Part shown: piece by piece, positions 56,702 through 64,000 of the stretch
Position numbering within the stretch: position 1 is the first letter of the stretch
Layout: every line of letters starts with the position of its first letter
From: the human T2T-CHM13v2.0 reference genome, Homo sapiens
DNA length: 64,000 bases
Assembly (NCBI RefSeq): GCF_009914755.1
Contig: NC_060930.1
Reading direction: 5' to 3' (one strand)
Position numbers and translations under genes: made by a program
Notes under the pieces: generated by a model
Databases searched by the model: none
What the model was told of the DNA's origin: nothing
Seen by the model: the letters and a program-made list of their open reading frames with translations, nothing else

Positions 56702-59084
56702 GAAGAGCGATGAAGCTATAGGACACAAGACCCAGTCCAGGATACAGCATGAAAGAGAAGATATTAAATAGCTAGCAGAGAGTCAGATGACAATCAGTAG
56801 ATAAAAAGGGCTTGGAAATGGTAAGCATTATAGAATTTTGGAAAACCATTTTTTTCCCATAGTTAAGAGACCCCATTCTTCAAGGCCTTGATCCTGAATA
56901 AATGTCCTTTCAGGGTTGACACCCTATTTTTATGACTTAAAATATTTGGACGGGATATTTGGAAGTTTCTAAACTCTGCTGAACTAAAATCTGCTGAACA
57001 AATAAAGGGAAGAACTCTGTTTTGTACCATGTAATTTACTTAAATGCCCCACTACAGTGTAAAAGTAGACTAGACCATTCACTTCATGCCCTCAGGTTTT
57101 CAACATGCCAGATGTCCAGTTGAGGAACGTATCTAAATCTAAGGATATTCCTAAATTCTTCTGCAAAGTTTCAAGGCTATTGGTAATAACATATATTTAG
57201 TGGTCAACTTGGAGGCTAACGTTGGTCTTTCTATTTCTGTAACAGCTTGCACAGTATCATGCAGGCATACATGTGAGTCTAGATGTAGATCTAGACATAT
57301 ATAACCCAATCAGTGCATTTCAAGTATCTAATTCTACCCTCTTACAAAGTTTTATTTATTGTTAAGATTATTTCAGAAGCACCATAGATAGGAATATGTA
57401 TGTTAAATTTAGCTAATTCATGCTATTCACACAAATGCACTACTACTTTGTGATTTTATTGTAAAAAATGATATTTGCATGCTCAGTCAGCCTCAGTACT
57501 AAGCATCCAACTTCCCGATTTGCTGATTTTTTGTAGGTAGAACTGTGCATGACTCAGAAACTAAAGAGAACATGTAAGCCCTACATTCTTTCATTGAAAT
57601 GGTGATTGCCTGGATCACATGCACAGAGCCAGTATTCATTGCACATAATGTAGCTTCCCTGTTCTCAGTGTTCCCTGGATCTGGCAGCACCTCAGGGTCA
57701 TTTAAACTACACAAACTTTTCAAGGATCCTGCACTTTCTGTCTGTGTGGCTCCGTGTGAAGTAGCCTGTTAGTCCCTTAGCAGCAAAGTATGAGTGGATC
57801 ATAATATAGTATCTGAAATAAGGAAACTATAAGTGATTCTCCACTTGGGATGACACCTTTCTTGAAACTCATCCTCTGGTAATGTGGAATTTGAAGAGCT
57901 GATATTTGTAATCTCTAACTTTTAGGAGAGAAGGAAAGACAATGATATCATGGAATGCACACATTATAATATTTGCTGTGAATTACGTGCTTCCTATGAA
58001 AAGCTACAAAGATGAAGGCATCTCTTTCTCTATGTAGCAACTGTGCTCTAGCAGGCTGTTGCTTCAGTAAGAGCACTCTTTACTCACAGCCCCTGTACAA
58101 CCTGGGCTCCTACAATAAAATATTCCAAATGTAAGCTTGCCCTCTCATAAAGTCCAACAAATTCAGTCTCTAGTCTCAACGTTCTTTATCTTTGTTGTTG
58201 GTTAATTTGCTCCTCTGAACTGATAGTATGTAAAACAGTATTCTTTCTCTCCCCAGGACTGAATAGCAGAATTAGAATGTCTCCCTGCCTCTCTTCTCTA
58301 ATCTTGTAAGCCATTGGTAAGTTCAATATCTGTTTCAAACACATTGTCATTGACCATTATCCAGGAAAACTCAATTCACCATGACCTTTAAGTTGAAAAT
58401 ACTCTTTAATTAAACATCAAGGAGGGACAATTACTGAAAATCAATCCCTGGCATTTTCTAATTGTGGAACAATTTTTTAAATGTCAGGGTCCATGTTCAT
58501 GTAGGCCATTTTACATTTTTATTTTTCATTTTTATTAGTTTTCCCTCAATTCTGTATTTATAGATTCATTACTCCCAACAATTACCCTTATAAAAGGTTC
58601 CAAGTGTTTCTTTTCATGTCTTGGATTAATGGGCCATAATTTCACACCTAACACTTTAGTAAAGAAACATGCTTACTTATAAAACATACAACATGGGTCA
58701 AAATCCAACAAAAGCTTCTAATATGAGACTAATTAAATTAAATTGTGATTAGATTGAAGGAGTGAATCAATTAAATAACAATGGCCTAAACTTCAAGTTA
58801 CACTTAAAGATCTATATATTTAAAATGTCAACAACATGCAAAAAAAATCACACCAAATACAAATATGCAGACAGGCTACATGTAGCCAGAAGGATATAGT
58901 AGGATAATGGGCCTTACAGATCAACAAATTGGAGAATTTACAATGGAGAAAATAACACCAACACATAAAAATACTATACAAGTCAAGCAAAGGTAAATTA
59001 TTCATCCATTGAAACAAATATTTATTCAGGATAATGCCTAGAGTCTAAATTTGTCTAAGAAACCACAGTAGTTAGAATAAATCC

Positions 59085-60525
59085 TAATTTGGAGAAATTG
59101 ATCAACTGATTCTAAAGTTTATGTGGAAGGGCAAATGACTTAGAATATGTAAACTGTTTTTTTAAAAGGACAAATCTGAACAACTAACACTATCTGCTTT
59201 TAAGACTTATTAGAAATGTACAATTATCAGAATAATGTGGTATTGGTACAAACAGAATAGATCAAGACAAAAGGATAGAGAGTTCATAGATAGAACCTCA
59301 CATATATGGACAATTGATTTTTTGACAGAAGTACAAAGGCAATTCTGTCAGGAGAAAACAGTATATTTAACAAGTAATGCTAACATAATTTGATATTCAT
59401 ATGCAAATAAACTTTGATTCCCACTGATTTGCACAAAATGAATAATAGATATAAAGGTAAAACACTAAACTATAAAAGTTCTAGCAGAAAACAGAAGAGA
59501 AAAGCATGATCCATAAAAGAACAAACTGACAAACTGGACTTCATCAAAGTGAAAAGATCTGCTCCTTGAAAGACACTATTAAAAGACTGAAACAGCAACC
59601 TTTACCTTGGGAGAAAATATTTTCATGTATCTGATAAAGGACATGTAACTAGAGTATAGAAATCACTCTAAAAACTCAATAATAAAAGTGTAATTAAGTA
59701 GTGGCAAAAGAGTTGAATGGATGCCTCACAAAAGAAGATACAAGGGTGGCAAATGAGCACATGAAAAGAGGCTCAACATCGTTAGTCATTAAGAGAATGC
59801 AAATTAAAACCACACCTATTAGAATAAAACCAAAATTTAAAACATGAAGCATATCAAGTGTTGAGAATGAGGTGGAGGAAATGGAACCCTGATTCACTGC
59901 TAGTGGGAAGGTACAATGGTACAACCACTTTGGAAAATAGAAACATACACTATCCAAATGGCCCAGTTATTCCACTCCTAAGTATTTACCCAATAGAAAT
60001 TAAACCATATGTTCATAAAGTTGTAAATAGTCATAACAGTTTTATTTTTAATAGTTCCAAAGTGGAATGACCCAAACGTCCACCAACAGGTAAACGGATA
60101 ACAAACTGTGAAATGTCTCCAAAAGAATGAATAAAAAGGAATGAACTATTCCATTGATAAGTTACAACATGGATAACCTTAATATAATCTATAATCTCAA
60201 TACCGTGTATCTCAATATAATTAGGCTGAGTATAAAAAGCCAGACCTAATAAGAGTACAGGTTGTATTATTCTATTTATATAATAAAAATTTCAGGAAAT
60301 GCAAAGTAATCTGCATTGACAACAAGCACAGTGGTTGCCTATGGATGGGGAAAGACAGGGTTGTGTCAGAGGAAGGGATTACAAAGGATGAGGAAACTCT
60401 TGGGGGTGATAGAGAAGTTCACCGTCCTGATGGTGAGGGTGGTTTCACCGATGTGTACATACAACAACATGTATCAGACTGTACACTTTCAACATGTGCA
60501 GTTACTTCAACTATTTCCAAATTAC
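59085..60525 (+). mobile_element. Old L1 (L1ME/L1MD-like), decayed ORF2 3' part and 3' UTR
   Basis: GAAATTGATCAACTGATTCTAAAGTTTATGTGGAA, GTGGTATTGG, ACTGGACTTCATCAAA, AATGGTACAACCACTTTGGAAA and TTCCACTCCTAAGTATTTACCC. Many stop codons. Confidence 0.85.
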
Positions 60526-60589
60526 ATAATCCTTTGTTTTTCCCTCCTGTCCATTATCTACAACTTTGAATTGGTTGGAGAGCTTTAGA

Positions 60590-61170
60590 AGCCTTTGTTG
60601 GACACTATTAGTGGCCTGCAGGGTCTGCAGTCATGGGTATTTCTAATCTTCCTTGACCTGCTTTGTCTTCCTTTGGTTCCCACCTTTGTTGCTGTTATAA
60701 GCCCTTTAATCACTGCACTACTAGATGCCATCTAGTAGGACACCATGTTCCCCATCTTTGAACATCTTTTCCATCTTCTTTTCCAATTGCAGTGCCTGTT
60801 TGGCCCTCGTTTACCTCCCCAGCTCTCCTTGGCTATACTAATTCCTCTTAATTCCTTCAACATACCCTACTTCACCTTGATTTGGGGTCTTCTTATTAGA
60901 AGTTCTCTATTTCTGGAAAACTTTCCTTCTAACCTCTTTGATCCTGGCTAATTCCTACTTATTCTTTAGGCCTCAGCTGCATGTTGTTTTCTTGGGAAAG
61001 TCCAATTATTTCTCCCACCAAAGTTTGGCTTCAGTGGCCCTGATAGAAGACCCTGAACTTCCCATCAGCACTTCTCCACTCAATTACATTGCCCTGTTTA
61101 CTTACCAGTATTCCTCCAGGGCACAGGGTCACCTCAATTCAGATCTGATTAGGGACCTGATGTATATCAG
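60590..61170 (+). mobile_element. L2 fragments
   Basis: CTGGCTAATTCCTACTTATTCTTTAGGCCTCAGCT and similar degenerate L2 motifs. Confidence 0.5.
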
Positions 61171-62909
61171 GTAATGGGGTTAGCTGTTGGAGGCTACAAC
61201 TTCCCCATTTCCTGGAGTAAATTTAAGGATATGTCCAACTAAAACCAAACCAAACATTTGTTTCCTGCCTGTGAGCACAACATAAGAAATTCAAACTAGG
61301 TGACCAACTGTCTTATTAAACTTCCATTTGTACCAAAAGCAACTTCTTACTGAGAGGACATTTTGGTCCTGAGAAATTCTTCCCTGTAGTGTTTTAGGAT
61401 AAGGACATTTGGAATTTGAAATTGCAGTCTACTGTGTCATTTTCTCAAACCTGGTCTTATTACACTCTAGCCAAAGAAATATGAAATGAAGATCTGATCC
61501 AATTTGGGACCCCCAAAAGGAATTGTAATGAAGGTTATATTTCAAATTATGTAGGCTGGTTACATGGTCAGTATGTAGCAGCTGACTGCCTGGTGTTTTA
61601 TTTTGTTTGTCTGTATAGATATAGCATATCTAAGAAAGACAACTTCATTTTATAGAGTTAGAAAAACAACCCTTGAGATTTATTAGGAAAGTCTTGTGCC
61701 AGTCCATCATTCCTGTAAATATACACGTTGATCACTAAATGGTAAGAAAGGTGATAGGAACTGAAATAACCAAAGTAGGAAAATGTCACAACAAACTCTT
61801 CTTGATCTTCTGCCTGTCCCTGTACTTGGCTCACTGTGCAGGAAAGAGTTCTTCCTTGGGTTAAACAGGAGCATGCTCAGCCTGAAGCAGAGATGATATG
61901 CCTTTCAATTTTGAAACACAGTTTCCATTGTGTGTGACCCATTATGTGTGACCTCATTTGTGGGTGATTAAAATGTGAGTGATTAGAATGTGATGTCCTC
62001 ATAGTTACTCTCTCACTCCCTTTGAATTTCTTGGAATAAGTAAAACAATAATGTAAAATGAAAGTTGCTGATTTTTTATACCTCAGATATGAATTGCTGA
62101 TAAACATTTTATTTAGGGCACAACCAATTCATATAAATTTAAAAGTAACCATAAGAAATGGATTTTTCAGTTACATCATCTGTAGTTTTTACATTTAACC
62201 TATTACAAAATAATAAATCATTGAACCATATTCTTTTCAGTGTCATAATCAATGCCAGACAATCAATTAAAAATTTAGGCATATGTATTAACTAGTATAG
62301 ATCAATGTGGCTTGAATACACAAAATACGTCCAAATTCTGTCCAAGGTAAATAATTATGATGCTACATGGTTGTTGTGTATATATTTCACATAAATTTAG
62401 AAATTAGTATTTCAAGAGACATTACAAGTCATTATGTTCATTCTACGTCTCAAACATATTATGGGAACAGAAATACCTTTATTTATAAATAGCATGTATC
62501 CCAAAAAAATCTATGGGAATTTGAATGGCGGGCATCCAGAAACTTCATGTGGTCGCCAGTGGGAAGTATATTTTTGACAAGCCGCATACACTTAGGGCCA
62601 GCCACGGAAGTAGTGCCAAACCAATGATGCTACTGCACTTTTACTTAGCTTATTGTGATTTATTGCAACAGTTAATTCTGGCTTTCTGTTTCAGAATGAT
62701 CTAGTCATCTATATTTATAATCATTTTAAATGAATATGTATTTCATGTTTTCAGTTATTCATGATCCCTTAAAAAATATAAATGCCTTACTGCTAGACAC
62801 ATAAGAAGATTAGGTTCTATAATAGTAAAAATGCCATCGGAAGATGAGAGAAGAGAAATTCTACCAAAATTAGGTAAAAAGATAAATTTTTAGGACTTCA
62901 AAAATAAAT

Positions 62910-63367
62910 GCAAGGTGGAAGCAACAAGCCAAGTGTTCACTGATGAATGACTGGATCTGCAGCAGCCCATCCATACAATGGAATACTGTCCAGCCTTGAA
63001 AAGAGGGAAATTCTGACCCAGCCTATGACACAAATGGACCTTAAAGACTATGCTAAGTGAAATAAGCCAGTCACCAAAGGTCAAATAGGTATGATTGTAT
63101 GATTCCACCTATATAAGGTCCTTGGAGTAGTCAAATGCATAGAGGAAGAAAGTAGGATGGTGACCATGAGAGAATGGGGGGAGGGGGAGGAGAGGGGAAT
63201 TGGTGTCTAATGGGTACTGAGTGTCAGTCTGGGAAGATGGAAAATGTTCTAGAGATGGGTGGTGGTGATGGTTGCCAACAATGTGAATTTACTCAGTGCC
63301 ACTGAACTGTACATTTGAAGTGGTTAAAATGGTAATTTTAGGCTATGTATATTTTACCACAATAAAA
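62910..63367 (+). mobile_element. L1MB (L1MB3-like) 3' end
   Basis: CATACAATGGAATAC, ATGCTAAGTGAAATAAGCCAGTCAC, GTTCTAGAGATGGGTGGTGGTGATGGTTGC and ATGTATATTTTACCACAATAAAA. Confidence 0.88.
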
Positions 63368-63374
63368 CAATAAT

Positions 63375-64000
63375 TAGAAGATATAAGTGTAAAATGTAAA
63401 ACATGTAAAAGTGTTAAAAGAAAACACAGGAGAAAAATCTTCATGACCTGGAGTTAGGCAAATAATTCTGAGGCCTGATACCAAAAGCATGAGCCATAGA
63501 AATAATTTGATAAATTGTATTTTATTATAATAAACCAATTTTGATCTGCAAGAGGCACTATTAAAAGAATTAAAAGACTAACTGTAGGCTGGAAGAAAAT
63601 ATGTACAAATCATGTACCTACCAAAGAATTTAAATATATAAAAAATGAAAACCTCTGAAGATTCAACAGTAAAAAAAAAAAAAAAAGAAAACAATTTAAA
63701 AATGGATAAAAAGCAGGAGGATAGCTTGAGGACAGGAGTTTGAGACCAGCCTTGGCAAACTAGTGAGACCTATTGCTACAAAAATAATTTTTAAAAAATT
63801 AGCCAGGCATGGTAGCACCTGTAATTCTAGTTACATGGGAGGCTGAGGCAGGAGGATTTCTTGAGCCTAGGAGTTTGAGGCTACAGTGAGCCATGATCAC
63901 TCCAGCCAGGGCAATGGACAGAGCAAGACCTTGTCTCTAACAAACAAAAAACAAACAAAGGATAAAACAGACATTTTGCCAAAGGAGATATATAAATGGC
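63375..64000 (+). mobile_element. Old L1 ORF2 fragment interrupted by an Alu; runs off the window end
   Basis: GAAAACACAGGAGAAAAATCTTCATGACCTGGAGTTAGGCAAA and ACAGACATTTTGCCAAAGGAGATATATAAATGGC. Confidence 0.8.
63712..63958 (+). mobile_element. 5'-truncated AluJ
   Basis: GGAGGATAGCTTGAGGACAGGAG and GAGTTTGAGGCTACAGTGAGCCATGAT (J diagnostics). TSD-like GGATAAAA. Confidence 0.88.

Noticed and set aside
59085-60525. L1 ORF2 as a coding region
   Set aside because: Heavily decayed with stops and frameshifts; a non-functional fossil.

Overview
Primate (human-like) nuclear genomic DNA, intronic or intergenic. The evidence is about 15 Alu/FLAM copies including AluY, MaLR/ERV solo LTRs (THE1B, MLT1, MLT2, LTR8A), old L1/L2/MIR fragments and MER DNA transposons. 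I recognise no protein-coding exon, RNA gene, CRISPR array or prokaryotic-type system, and the ORF track is explained by repeats and chance. The host gene, if any, could not be identified. The most unusual structure is a THE1B solo LTR (23533-23900) flanked by a ~308-bp direct duplication instead of the normal 5-bp target-site duplication. Also notable: a CpG-island-like 50-bp minisatellite with variant-dependent hairpins and motifs, an 82-bp two-subtype minisatellite, a tail-to-tail inverted Alu pair only ~35 bp apart, several splice-site-bounded exon candidates, and a few perfect ER6/ARE motifs. Repeat family names come from my recall of consensus sequences, not from a RepeatMasker run. Boundaries of old repeats are approximate.
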